Source: a virus (Duplodnaviria; Caudoviricetes). From it: 63,986 nucleotides of DNA. The notes under the pieces were generated by a model. It was not told where the DNA came from. It searched no databases and worked only from the letters and a program-made list of their open reading frames with translations. Position 1 is the stretch's first letter. Every line of letters begins with the position of its first letter. This document shows positions 54,829-63,487 of this stretch, piece after piece. The stretch spans positions 1-63,986 of the IMG/VR virus record IMGVR_UViG_3300043392_000024. One strand, written 5' to 3'. The position numbers and the translations under genes were made by a program.

Positions 54829-55326
54829 ATGGTAATACCTGAAAAGTTTAACAAATGGAAAACTGGCATAATGTTCAGGCCAGGAACGAAGATTAGAGGC
54901 ATTCATATGTATCGAGACTTTGTTAGCTCTTGCAATGGGAGCTTTAAGCGTTTAAGCAAAAGCATTTTTTATGATTGGCTACGTGCTGACTTTGATGACC
55001 TAAGTGAGGGGACTGATGCTCGTGGGTTGTGGTTCATGTTGGGGGATGCTTTGCCTAAGGATGGCGAGCAGATTAGCAAGCAGCAATTGCGTAGGCTGAC
55101 GTCAAATGAGTTCGTGGATTGGTTCGATGACAAGTATGAGTCATTGCTATATTCAAAGTATCACTTAAGTGAGATTAGGGCATGGTTTCTAAATGCCAAT
55201 TCTGCTAATGAGTTTTTGGTCACACGTCAGCGGTTCAATAAGTGGGTCGATTATGGCGTGAACTATAAGGGTGGTGTCATCGAGAAGAAGCGTGACATGG
55301 ATGGGATTTTTATTGTGATCTCATAG
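54829..55326 (+). CDS. Protein with two copies of a domain resembling the primase-helicase C-terminal winged helix
   Basis: LSKSIFYDWL..EGTDARGLW and LTSNEFVDWF..VTRQRFNKWV compared with primase ETNSEFVEWI..LSKQRFNSWL..EGRDAAGKW. TATATTTG at 54798-805 supports the start at 54829. Confidence 0.65.
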   Translation: MVIPEKFNKWKTGIMFRPGTKIRGIHMYRDFVSSCNGSFKRLSKSIFYDWLRADFDDLSEGTDARGLWFMLGDALPKDGEQISKQQLRRLTSNEFVDWFDDKYESLLYSKYHLSEIRAWFLNANSANEFLVTRQRFNKWVDYGVNYKGGVIEKKRDMDGIFIVIS

Positions 55327-55374
55327 GATGGCACAGAAGTTGTAAGTAAGTTTGTAACAAATTAAATTAATAAG

Positions 55375-56916
55375 ATGATAGTTAAAAATGTAGAGTCTGG
55401 CGAAATTGCTAGACAAAAATTAATTAAAGGTGTTGATACGGTTGCAAATGCTGTAGGATCTACTCTTGGTGCCAGAGGTCGCACAGTTCTGATGGAATCG
55501 GAGAACCATGTTGGTGGCATTATTGTCACAAAAGATGGCGTTTCGGTATCGAAAGGTGTAAATCTTATGGATCCTACCGAGAACCTAGCGGTGATGATCA
55601 TGCGTGAGGCATCAGAGAAGACTGCTAACTCAGCAGGCGATGGGACAACGACAAGTATGGTGCTGGCACAGGCCATCATCCATGAGGCCATGGACCAAAT
55701 TGAGCCGAGCGACAACTTAACGCAAGTATTGCGTGACATCCAAGAGGCGAGCACAGAGGTGCTGACAAAGTTAGATGAGATGTCGGTCGAGATTACTGAT
55801 GACAAGCTTCAGTCTGTTGCTACAATCTCTGCTAATGGGGACACGGACACAGGGTCAATTATCGCTGATGCGTACAGTAAGGTGGGGCTGACAGGTGTGG
55901 TGACAGTAGAGCCATCCAAGGATGCGTTGACATACTCGGAGATTATTAGTGGGATGAAGGTGGACAGAGGGTACACGAGCAAGTATTTTGTGACTGACCA
56001 TAAGAAGCAAGAGTGTGTGCTAGATGACCCATATATTTTGGTGACTGACCAACCTATTAGCCACATTAATGACATCTTCCCAATACTTGAGTATATACTT
56101 GAGGGCAACAAGTCATTATTAATCATTGGCGAGTTGGAGGAGAATGCTCTGAACACGCTGAACGCCAACAAGATTAAGGCTAAGTTAAAGGTGTGCACAA
56201 TTATGCCTCCACAGTTTGGCTACAAGAAGCATCAGTTGATGCAGGACATAGCGACATCGGTTGGGGCTAAGTATTTTAGTGAGCAAACAGGGGACAACTT
56301 GGCGATGGTGAGCATCGATGACCTGGGCCGTGCCAAGAAAGTAATCAGCGGTCGGTTCAACACACTTATCCGTGAGCCGGGTGGCTTGGTGGACGAGCGA
56401 GTGGCTGAGCTGCAAGAGCAATTAAACGTGGAGACGAGTGCGATCGAGAAAGAATTCTTAAAAGAGCGGATCGCTAACTTGGGCGGTGGCGTGGCTGTCA
56501 TTTATGTTGGTGCTCAGTCTGACATTGAGCAGAAGGAGAAGAAGGACAGAGTAGACGATGCGGTGTGTGCTGTGAGAGCTGCATTGGAGGAGGGTATCCT
56601 GCCAGGTGGTGGGGTGGCACTAAAAGATGTTGCTACTTCAACAAATATAAAAAATAAAGGGGCAGATATATTAATGCGTGCTTTGATGGCACCTATGATC
56701 AAGATTATTCAGAATGCAGGTGGGGCAAAAGAAAATTTGGACGTATGCTCTAAAGAAGGCGTTGGGATCAATGTGGTGAACATGGCCACGGCTAACATGA
56801 TGGACATCGGGATCATCGACCCAACGAAGGTGACAAAAGAGGCTGTGAGAAATGCAGTCAGCGTAGCAACTACGTTGCTGTCAACAGATACGGTCATCAC
56901 TAATATTCGGGCATGA
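55375..56916 (+). CDS. groEL: Phage chaperonin GroEL
   Basis: TLGARGRTV, TKDGVSV, AGDGTTT, ERIANLGGGVAV, RVDDA, GGGVAL, GIIDPTKV. TAAGTTTG at 55347-54. Confidence 0.95.
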   Translation: MIVKNVESGEIARQKLIKGVDTVANAVGSTLGARGRTVLMESENHVGGIIVTKDGVSVSKGVNLMDPTENLAVMIMREASEKTANSAGDGTTTSMVLAQAIIHEAMDQIEPSDNLTQVLRDIQEASTEVLTKLDEMSVEITDDKLQSVATISANGDTDTGSIIADAYSKVGLTGVVTVEPSKDALTYSEIISGMKVDRGYTSKYFVTDHKKQECVLDDPYILVTDQPISHINDIFPILEYILEGNKSLLIIGELEENALNTLNANKIKAKLKVCTIMPPQFGYKKHQLMQDIATSVGAKYFSEQTGDNLAMVSIDDLGRAKKVISGRFNTLIREPGGLVDERVAELQEQLNVETSAIEKEFLKERIANLGGGVAVIYVGAQSDIEQKEKKDRVDDAVCAVRAALEEGILPGGGVALKDVATSTNIKNKGADILMRALMAPMIKIIQNAGGAKENLDVCSKEGVGINVVNMATANMMDIGIIDPTKVTKEAVRNAVSVATTLLSTDTVITNIRA

Positions 56917-57119
56917 GAAAGATATTAGCAGAAGACAAGGCGTTGGAGCTAGAAGAGTTCTTTCTGCCTCACCTGAATAGAGATGAAGAACTTAATAAAT
57001 CTCTTGCTTGCTATTTTGGAGCAAAAGTAGCTCATGAGGTGGCAGAGAATTGTCAGATATTTAGCGAAGAGCAAATGTACTGGTTTGATGTAAAAGGAAT
57101 TTTAAAAAGAAAAATGTAA
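56913..57119 (+). CDS. Hypothetical protein between groEL and groES
   Basis: 68 aa, ATGA overlap with groEL. Confidence 0.6.
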   Translation: MRKILAEDKALELEEFFLPHLNRDEELNKSLACYFGAKVAHEVAENCQIFSEEQMYWFDVKGILKRKM

Positions 57120-57123
57120 TACA

Positions 57124-57381
57124 ATGCGAGTAATAGGAAATAATATTTTAATCGTCCCTTTTGAAGAAGAGACAAAATCAAAAGGGGGCTTATTGATGTC
57201 AGCATCTGACACAAAAGAGCTAAGATACAAAAAAGCAACTGTGGTTGCTGTTGGTGATCTTGCCACGAGTGTTAAGCCTGGTAACTTTATCTACTTTGAT
57301 AAGGCAGCAGGGCATAGCATCCGTGTAAATGAGGACATCTACACGGTGATACGCTTGCAGGATGTGGTAGTTGTGCTATAA
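57124..57381 (+). CDS. groES: Co-chaperonin GroES
   Basis: EEETKSKGGLLM mobile loop, ATVVAVG, VKPG, IRLQDV. Confidence 0.9.
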   Translation: MRVIGNNILIVPFEEETKSKGGLLMSASDTKELRYKKATVVAVGDLATSVKPGNFIYFDKAAGHSIRVNEDIYTVIRLQDVVVVL

Positions 57382-57864
57382 TCCAAAATCAGTCTTGGAC
57401 TTCTGATCTTTAAAGTCCTCATTGGCCCGCTTTGCTACTCTATTGAACTGACGTTCGGAGTACTTAGTGGGCCTTTTTATTTCTGTAATAGGCTTCTCTC
57501 CTAAAAGTCGAGCGTAAACATCACGCATAATCGCTCTGCCCTTGGCAGATAGTTCATACATCGGAACAGTTCGGTACGATCCTGGTCTGAATACGTGAAT
57601 CAGACCCATGTCAATCATATCTTTACGCTTTTTTGGAGCAAATCCGAGAATCTGGTTGTACTTTTCGATTGATTTGACGTTAAATATACCTTCCGAGTGT
57701 AAAAAACAGAGCATTTGGAAGTAAGGTGCCGAGAGTCCGTAGTGCCTAAGTACATATTTCTGCACGAGACCTATGTATTTTAGGAAGTCGTGCTGTATTT
57801 CCATCCGTGTAACTGGAGGATATTTCTTTGGTCGGTACACTTTTGGTACCATATATGTTTTCAT
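57376..57864 (-). CDS. MarR-like winged-helix DNA-binding protein (putative)
   Basis: LSAPYFQMLCFL..MIDMGLIHV..YELSAKGR pattern. Confidence 0.55.
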   Translation of the reverse strand: MKTYMVPKVYRPKKYPPVTRMEIQHDFLKYIGLVQKYVLRHYGLSAPYFQMLCFLHSEGIFNVKSIEKYNQILGFAPKKRKDMIDMGLIHVFRPGSYRTVPMYELSAKGRAIMRDVYARLLGEKPITEIKRPTKYSERQFNRVAKRANEDFKDQKSKTDFGL

Positions 57865-57880
57865 TGGATTTTATTTTTAA

Positions 57881-57897
57881 CAAATTTACTATCTTTG
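57881..57897. promoter_or_regulatory. Adjacent divergent TAnnTTTG motifs
   Basis: CAAATTTA (TAAATTTG on -, 57881-88) and TATCTTTG on + (57890-97). Confidence 0.7.
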
Positions 57898-57919
57898 CTT
57901 GATTTTTAATAATAAGAAA

Positions 57920-58252
57920 ATGGCAAAACAAAAAGGCGGTGCACCTAAAGCTAAGATTGGTGACCTTAAGAATGTAGTAAGCGGTTTGAAAGAAAGAACC
58001 GATAAGTTACAAGGTGATTACGTTAGAACAAAAGAGGACATTGCAGCAGGTCGTACAGTTGGACAACTAGGCATTGGCGATATGCAACGATTGCGTTCAC
58101 GTGAGATTCAGCATAACGCAGAAAAGATTAATCGTTATGGTCGTATTATCGACAGCACAACGATTGCTCACGATCGTGCTCGTTTGGCTGAGAAGCAAGC
58201 ACAATATAAGCGTGACTATCCATTGTCTCCAACATTTAAATCTAAGATGTAA
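57920..58252 (+). CDS. Small basic protein
   Basis: MAKQKGGAPKAK... ORF. Confidence 0.65.
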   Translation: MAKQKGGAPKAKIGDLKNVVSGLKERTDKLQGDYVRTKEDIAAGRTVGQLGIGDMQRLRSREIQHNAEKINRYGRIIDSTTIAHDRARLAEKQAQYKRDYPLSPTFKSKM

Positions 58253-58254
58253 TT

Positions 58255-58395
58255 ATGGCAAAGCAAGAAAAAACACCAATGACACGTCCAATGCCTCCTC
58301 AAATGATGGGTATTAGCAAGATTGTCGCAGCATCTAAGATGGTTGACTTAGTAAAGCAAGCAGCTACTCGTAAGATGGGTAAAAAAATGTGCTAA
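58255..58395 (+). CDS. Small basic Met-rich protein (46 aa; not in the ORF track)
   Basis: MAKQEKTPMTRPMPPQMMGISKIVAASKMVDLVKQAATRKMGKKMC fills the gap exactly. Confidence 0.6.
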   Translation: MAKQEKTPMTRPMPPQMMGISKIVAASKMVDLVKQAATRKMGKKMC

Positions 58396-58396
58396 C

Positions 58397-58585
58397 ATGG
58401 AGGGCTTAGGAGATTTAGTTGCTAAAGTAACTGAGGCTACTGGCATCAAGGTAGTTGTTGAAGCAGTCGCACCAAATGGTGGATGCGGCTGTGCACAACG
58501 TCAACAGAAGTTAAACAACCTGTTCCCTTTTGGAACACCTAAGGATCAATACTACCAAGATAAGGTAAATGAAAGCAACCGCTAA
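58397..58585 (+). CDS. Small conserved-type phage protein (GLGD..CGC..RQ..LN)
   Basis: 62-aa ORF. Confidence 0.7.
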   Translation: MEGLGDLVAKVTEATGIKVVVEAVAPNGGCGCAQRQQKLNNLFPFGTPKDQYYQDKVNESNR

Positions 58586-58847
58586 ATTTTATGCGACACA
58601 TCCGGAGGCTCGCAAAAAACGCTTAGAATATCAGGCTGAATATAACAAACGTGCTGATCAACTCAAAAAGCGTATCGAGTTAAACCGTGAGAACCGCAAG
58701 CGTGGCAGTTATGCTGACCATGATGGCAAGGACTTAGCTCACCAAAAAAATGGTAAGTTTATAGAGAAGTTGGCATCGAAGAATCGTGGCGATAAAAATG
58801 ATATGCCCGGGGACAAGCGTGCTCGTGGTACTAAAAAGAAAAAGTAA
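58569..58847 (+). CDS. Small basic protein with degenerate HNH-like motif
   Basis: DGKDLAH..G...SKNRG. Confidence 0.65.
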   Translation: MKATAKFYATHPEARKKRLEYQAEYNKRADQLKKRIELNRENRKRGSYADHDGKDLAHQKNGKFIEKLASKNRGDKNDMPGDKRARGTKKKK

Positions 58848-59152
58848 TGGCTGATATTAAAAAGATGTTGGACCGCTATGGCCTTGAAGGAGTTAATAAG
58901 CCTAAACGCCAAACCTCAGGTGGTAAGTCGCACGTAGTGCTTGCTAAAGATGGAGACAATGTTAAGTTAATCCGTTTTGGTCAAGCAGGTGTAAAGACTA
59001 ATCAGACCGTTGGCCAGCGTGAGGCATTTAAATCTCGTCACGCAAAGAACATTGCAAAGGGTAAGATGTCGGCAGCTTATTGGTCCGATCGTGTCAAATG
59101 GTCTCCAAGCAAGACAGCATCTCCATCTAAAAAATGGGTTAAAGGATCTTAA
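58847..59152 (+). CDS. Small basic conserved-type phage protein
   Basis: NKPKR..KSHVVLAK..KLIRFGQ..FKSRH..SAAYWS..VKW. Confidence 0.75.
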   Translation: MADIKKMLDRYGLEGVNKPKRQTSGGKSHVVLAKDGDNVKLIRFGQAGVKTNQTVGQREAFKSRHAKNIAKGKMSAAYWSDRVKWSPSKTASPSKKWVKGS

Positions 59153-59153
59153 T

Positions 59154-59291
59154 ATGAAAAAACTAAATAAACTTGGAGTAGAAAACTCTTTGTGGAATAA
59201 CATAAGAGCGAGCAAAGGGTCAGGCAAAAAGCCTACGAAGGAGATGCTTAAGCAAGAGAAGAAGATTAAGAAACAAGAGAAAAAAAAGTAA
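59154..59291 (+). CDS. Very Lys-rich small protein (45 aa)
   Basis: MKKLNKLGVENSLWNNIRASKGSGKKPTKEMLKQEKKIKKQEKKK. Confidence 0.6.
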   Translation: MKKLNKLGVENSLWNNIRASKGSGKKPTKEMLKQEKKIKKQEKKK

Positions 59292-59317
59292 TATCTTTGT
59301 AACTATAAATAACAAAT

Positions 59318-59449
59318 ATGAAAAAGGTAACTAAAAAAACAGCGTTTGATATCAAAGAGGCAAGCAACCAAAAGTTGAAGCCAGGAGCTCGCAAGCACTA
59401 TGCTGAGAATGCACAGGCTGCAATGAAGAACCAAAAGAAAAAGAAATAA
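59318..59449 (+). CDS. Small basic protein (43 aa; not in the ORF track)
   Basis: MKKVTKKTAFDIKEASNQKLKPGARKHYAENAQAAMKNQKKKK, after TATCTTTG (59292-99). Confidence 0.6.
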   Translation: MKKVTKKTAFDIKEASNQKLKPGARKHYAENAQAAMKNQKKKK

Positions 59450-59450
59450 G

Positions 59451-59714
59451 ATGGGAGTTTTAAACTACACACAGTCTGGCCGTGCGGCAGCTGTAACACC
59501 ATCAAATACTGATAACATTCCTAGTGTATCAGGCGGTGAGAATACACAAGGCTGTATTCTTTACGTAGGTGGCACAGGAGTTTTAAAGGTATTGACAATT
59601 GGAGGAGACGAAGTTTTCTTTCATGGTGTACCAGCAGGAACAACACTTCAAGTAAGAGTTCTTCGTGTATTTTCCACAGGAACCACTGCTACTAACATCG
59701 TAGCTCTTTGGTAA
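59451..59714 (+). CDS. Head spike-base-like protein (RcGTA Rcc01079-like)
   Basis: AAAVTPS...LYVGGTG.LKV...VPAGT.L.VRV.RV..TGTTATNIVALW. Confidence 0.7.
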   Translation: MGVLNYTQSGRAAAVTPSNTDNIPSVSGGENTQGCILYVGGTGVLKVLTIGGDEVFFHGVPAGTTLQVRVLRVFSTGTTATNIVALW

Positions 59715-59715
59715 A

Positions 59716-59880
59716 ATGACTGACGAGGACTTGAAGATAGCATTTATTAATTCTGTGACATTTATCTTGTCATTCTCGACTCTTGAATCTTGGTTCAAGG
59801 TTATTCTACTTGGTGTGACCATTGGTTACACAATTACAAAGTGGGTGATGTTATTAAAAAACAAGAAAGCTGATGATTAG
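59716..59880 (+). CDS. Putative holin or antiholin (54 aa; not in the ORF track)
   Basis: MTDEDLKIAFINSVTFILSFSTLESWFKVILLGVTIGYTITKWVMLLKNKKADD has two hydrophobic segments and lies before the endolysin. Confidence 0.55.
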   Translation: MTDEDLKIAFINSVTFILSFSTLESWFKVILLGVTIGYTITKWVMLLKNKKADD

Positions 59881-60061
59881 CGACTTCTTTAAGTTCGAAG
59901 GACAGTATTCACACACGAGACTCATTTCACTAATTGGGTCTCTTGTTGTTTTCGGGAGTTTCTTATATAATCCTACCAATACAGGGTTGCAAAATTTGAT
60001 GGCGATCATTATATCTGGATCGCTAATAAATGCTACTGCATCTAAATTTACTAAAAAATGA
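59873..60061 (+). CDS. Putative holin (2 TM)
   Basis: Two hydrophobic helices, basic C-terminus, overlaps the endolysin. Confidence 0.55.
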   Translation: MISDFFKFEGQYSHTRLISLIGSLVVFGSFLYNPTNTGLQNLMAIIISGSLINATASKFTKK

Positions 60062-60504
60062 AATTATCAGAACATCTTGACCTAGTCGAAGTGACTCGGT
60101 CCGAGTATGCTAAAAGAAATGGCATTAATAATATGCCTAACCCACAGTATACAGAAAACTTGATCGAATTGGCTCAAAAGATATTCGAGCCAATTAGACA
60201 GCACTTTAATAAACCCATACACATATCAAGTGGGTTTAGGTCAAAAATTTTAAACGAAAAAATTGGAGGTGCTAAGAATTCTCAGCACACACTCGGTCAA
60301 GCACTTGATATAGATCAGGGTAATCGGAAGGATAATATAGAGATATTTGAGTTTATAAAAAATAACTTACCTTTCGACCAGTTAATAAACGAATATGGTT
60401 ATGATTGGGTTCATGTATCTTATAATCCTGATGGCAGACAGCGTGGTGAAGTGCTTGATGCGATCAAAGAAAAAGGGCAAACGAAATACGTAGCACACAA
60501 ATGA
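60058..60504 (+). CDS. Endolysin, peptidase M15 family
   Basis: SGFRS..LN..IGGA..SQH..GQALD and WVHVS Zn-peptidase motifs. Confidence 0.88.
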   Translation: MKLSEHLDLVEVTRSEYAKRNGINNMPNPQYTENLIELAQKIFEPIRQHFNKPIHISSGFRSKILNEKIGGAKNSQHTLGQALDIDQGNRKDNIEIFEFIKNNLPFDQLINEYGYDWVHVSYNPDGRQRGEVLDAIKEKGQTKYVAHK

Positions 60505-60950
60505 GAAATCTAATATTTTTACTATTAATTTTTGCAGTATCATGCAAGCCGTTACAACCTGTAACGGTTTATCGAGATGTTGTCAAAGTAGACACAGTTC
60601 GTGATTACAAAGTAATTACAAAATTAAACGCTGTTCATGACACGCTAACAATCGACAATCCTTGCGATTCTTCTGGCATTTTAACGAGTTTCTATAGCCG
60701 GATAAGGATACCACAAGGAAAGGTTGTAGTTCGTTCAGTACAGGGCAAGATTCAGGCCACAGTAGACATCGATTCTATCGAGTCCGTGTATCGTGATAAG
60801 TATAAATCTCAACTTGCTACTGATACGTATAAAACTGAGAAAGTTATACGTACAAATGAGATACCTAAGTGGGTAATTTGGTTTATGGCTATTAGTGGTG
60901 TTTTGTCATTTTTATATGTTAGAGAGAAAGTTAGTATTTTTGTAAAATAA
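60501..60950 (+). CDS. Putative unimolecular spanin
   Basis: N-terminal lipobox (FAVSC) plus a C-terminal TM helix, directly after the endolysin. Confidence 0.65.
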   Translation: MRNLIFLLLIFAVSCKPLQPVTVYRDVVKVDTVRDYKVITKLNAVHDTLTIDNPCDSSGILTSFYSRIRIPQGKVVVRSVQGKIQATVDIDSIESVYRDKYKSQLATDTYKTEKVIRTNEIPKWVIWFMAISGVLSFLYVREKVSIFVK

Positions 60951-60968
60951 CTAGCAAACAAAAAGCCG

Positions 60969-63476
60969 ATGGCAAGAATTAGTACATATCCAAGTGACAA
61001 TAATGTTATAGGAGCAGATAAGTGGATTGGTTCCGATGCAAATAATAACAATCAAACCAAGAACTTTACAGCCGATGCAGTAGCAGCTTATTTTAATAAG
61101 GCTAGTGCTATCGATACAGGTCAATTCTCTTGGAATTTCGTTGCCTATTCAAGTACTGTTACTCAGTATGACAAAACATTTTCATTAGTTGGGTATACTA
61201 ATACAAGTATTGGTGTTAACCAGTTAGAAGGTATCTTAAAAGTATCTTTCTTAACTCTTGCAAATACAACTCCAGGCACATTTATTGCAGAGCAATGGCT
61301 AAATAAAATTATCCTTGTTCATATCCCTAATAACCCATCTTCTTACGGATTATATAGAATTACTAATATTTCTTTAGTTGGTGATTTTTATTATTTAACT
61401 ACTGACTTACAAGAGGCATCTACAGGAACTATTTTAGCAAACACTCCTGTTTCTTTTGGTCTTTTCGAAGGTGTATCAGGTACTAACGGAACATCCGGAA
61501 GCTCAGGAACGTCAGGGTCAAGCGGAATTAATGGTACTATGGGTACTTCAGGATCGTCAGGTACTACAGGTACTTCAGGATCGTCAGGCACCACAGGTAC
61601 TTCTGGAAGCTCAGGTACTACAGGTACATCAGGTACTACAGGTACTTCAGGATACTCTGGTGATAAATATCGTGGCACATCTACTACTTCATTTACATTA
61701 GGAAATGCAGGAACCATTACAACCCAAGTAGGGCTATCATATACTCCAGCACAATCTATTATCATTGTTTACAATGCTAATAATTTCCAAGAGTGCGAGG
61801 TTATAAGTTACGACTCTGGTAATGGATTACTAACATTTGCTGCACCAACACGAACTGTTGGTTCGGGTACATATACTTCTTGGACAATTAACTTGGATGG
61901 TGCAAGTGGTGGCGATGGATCTTCAGGTACTTCAGGTACATCAGGGGCAAATGGTACAAGTGGAATAAATGGTACGAGTGGTAGCTCAGGATTTAGCGGA
62001 ACTAGTGGTATAAGTGGAACCTCAGGTACGACAGGTACTTCGGGATCTAGCGGTATTAGTGGTACATCAGGAACAAGTGGGGTAGATGGTACATCCGGTA
62101 CAACAGGAACATCAGGATTTAATGGATCAAGTGGAACTACAGGTACATCAGGTACTAGTGGGTTAACAGGTACATCAGGTACATCAGGACAGAATGGTAT
62201 TTCTGCTGGTCGTACTTACTACTTTAATCAGTCGCAGTCTTCTAGCATTTCTCCATATAAAATTTTAGCAGAACAGCCTTCCGGTGCTATTCAGCAAGTT
62301 GTTACTACTAGCTTGTCTGGTAGTCAATCTGGTGCGTTGGTAAGCAGTTTTATTACTGAGGAGTTAGGGTTTCCTATTATCCCAAGTGGTATACAAAGGT
62401 TTAATCTACATTATTTAAAACCTGCATCTAACGATAACATTGAAGTATATGTTACGATACAACTGGCTGATTCTTCAGGAACGCCTATTGGACCTGTTAT
62501 ATCATCTGGCGTTGACTTAATTGGATGGGTAGATGCTTCGACTCCTGTAGACGTACCTATCGACATTGTGCTTCCAACAACAGGTATTGATCCTACATAT
62601 AGGATGATTGCTAAATTGTATTTAACAAATTTAGACAGCACATCACATAATGTTAGTTTTTACACAGAAGGTACTTCTTATTATTCTTTTGTTCTTACAT
62701 CGGTAGGTGCAGTTGGTGGAACTTCAGGAACCTCAGGTACAAGTGGTGTATCTGGTACATCTGGTGTTAGTGGGACTTCGGGCGTTAGTGGAACAAGTGG
62801 GATTGATGGAACAAGTGGTATAAATGGTGCCAATGGCACTAGTGGTGTCGATGGAACATCTGGAGTAAATGGTACGAGTGGCGTTAATGGTGCAAATGGT
62901 ACCTCAGGAGTAGATGGTACTAGTGGCGTAAGTGGTACGTCAGGAGTTTCAGGTACATCAGGTGTAAATGGAGCGAACGGAACATCAGGTGTAAGTGGTA
63001 CTTCAGGTACTAGCGGAGCAGCTGGAGCAAGTGGTACATCAGGAGTTAGTGGAACAAGTGGTGTGTCAGGTACAAGTGGTACTTCGGGTCCATCGTACAT
63101 CTCACTTTACTCAACTACTGTGACGATTAATAGTGCCGGTGGTTTTGCAGGTAACTACGGAACACTTATCCCAATTAACACGCTTACATATAACGGTGTT
63201 TATATTATCAGAATTAGATACGTATCATCTTATTCTCCATATTACATTAGTACTGTAATTACATATTGCCCTGCTAGTGGTAATGCTTCGGATCAGCAGA
63301 CAGGATTTGAGTTTTATTCATTAACATCTGCTGGTAATGGTACCGACTCTTACATGGGATTCTTAGGTAAGTCGGCAGGAAGTGGTGGTGTAGGTGGTAT
63401 ATATGCTAAATTCCCTTATGGTAACGTTAATGCCGGAGGAGGTACAGCATATGTCGATTGTTATAGAATATATTAA
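60969..63476 (+). CDS. Fibre protein with three collagen-like (Gly-Thr-Ser)n blocks
   Basis: Gly at every third residue in blocks at about 61470-61660, 61910-62200 and 62715-63090, separated by globular domains. TATTTTTG at 60935-42. Confidence 0.75.
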   Translation: MARISTYPSDNNVIGADKWIGSDANNNNQTKNFTADAVAAYFNKASAIDTGQFSWNFVAYSSTVTQYDKTFSLVGYTNTSIGVNQLEGILKVSFLTLANTTPGTFIAEQWLNKIILVHIPNNPSSYGLYRITNISLVGDFYYLTTDLQEASTGTILANTPVSFGLFEGVSGTNGTSGSSGTSGSSGINGTMGTSGSSGTTGTSGSSGTTGTSGSSGTTGTSGTTGTSGYSGDKYRGTSTTSFTLGNAGTITTQVGLSYTPAQSIIIVYNANNFQECEVISYDSGNGLLTFAAPTRTVGSGTYTSWTINLDGASGGDGSSGTSGTSGANGTSGINGTSGSSGFSGTSGISGTSGTTGTSGSSGISGTSGTSGVDGTSGTTGTSGFNGSSGTTGTSGTSGLTGTSGTSGQNGISAGRTYYFNQSQSSSISPYKILAEQPSGAIQQVVTTSLSGSQSGALVSSFITEELGFPIIPSGIQRFNLHYLKPASNDNIEVYVTIQLADSSGTPIGPVISSGVDLIGWVDASTPVDVPIDIVLPTTGIDPTYRMIAKLYLTNLDSTSHNVSFYTEGTSYYSFVLTSVGAVGGTSGTSGTSGVSGTSGVSGTSGVSGTSGIDGTSGINGANGTSGVDGTSGVNGTSGVNGANGTSGVDGTSGVSGTSGVSGTSGVNGANGTSGVSGTSGTSGAAGASGTSGVSGTSGVSGTSGTSGPSYISLYSTTVTINSAGGFAGNYGTLIPINTLTYNGVYIIRIRYVSSYSPYYISTVITYCPASGNASDQQTGFEFYSLTSAGNGTDSYMGFLGKSAGSGGVGGIYAKFPYGNVNAGGGTAYVDCYRIY

Positions 63477-63487
63477 TTTTTAAGAGA

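Noticed and set aside
55362-56900. Several - strand ORFs within groEL
   Set aside because: Antisense shadows of a well-supported gene.
62681-63100. Pro-rich - strand ORFs (also 61391..61765)
   Set aside because: Antisense shadows of the Gly-Thr-Ser repeats.
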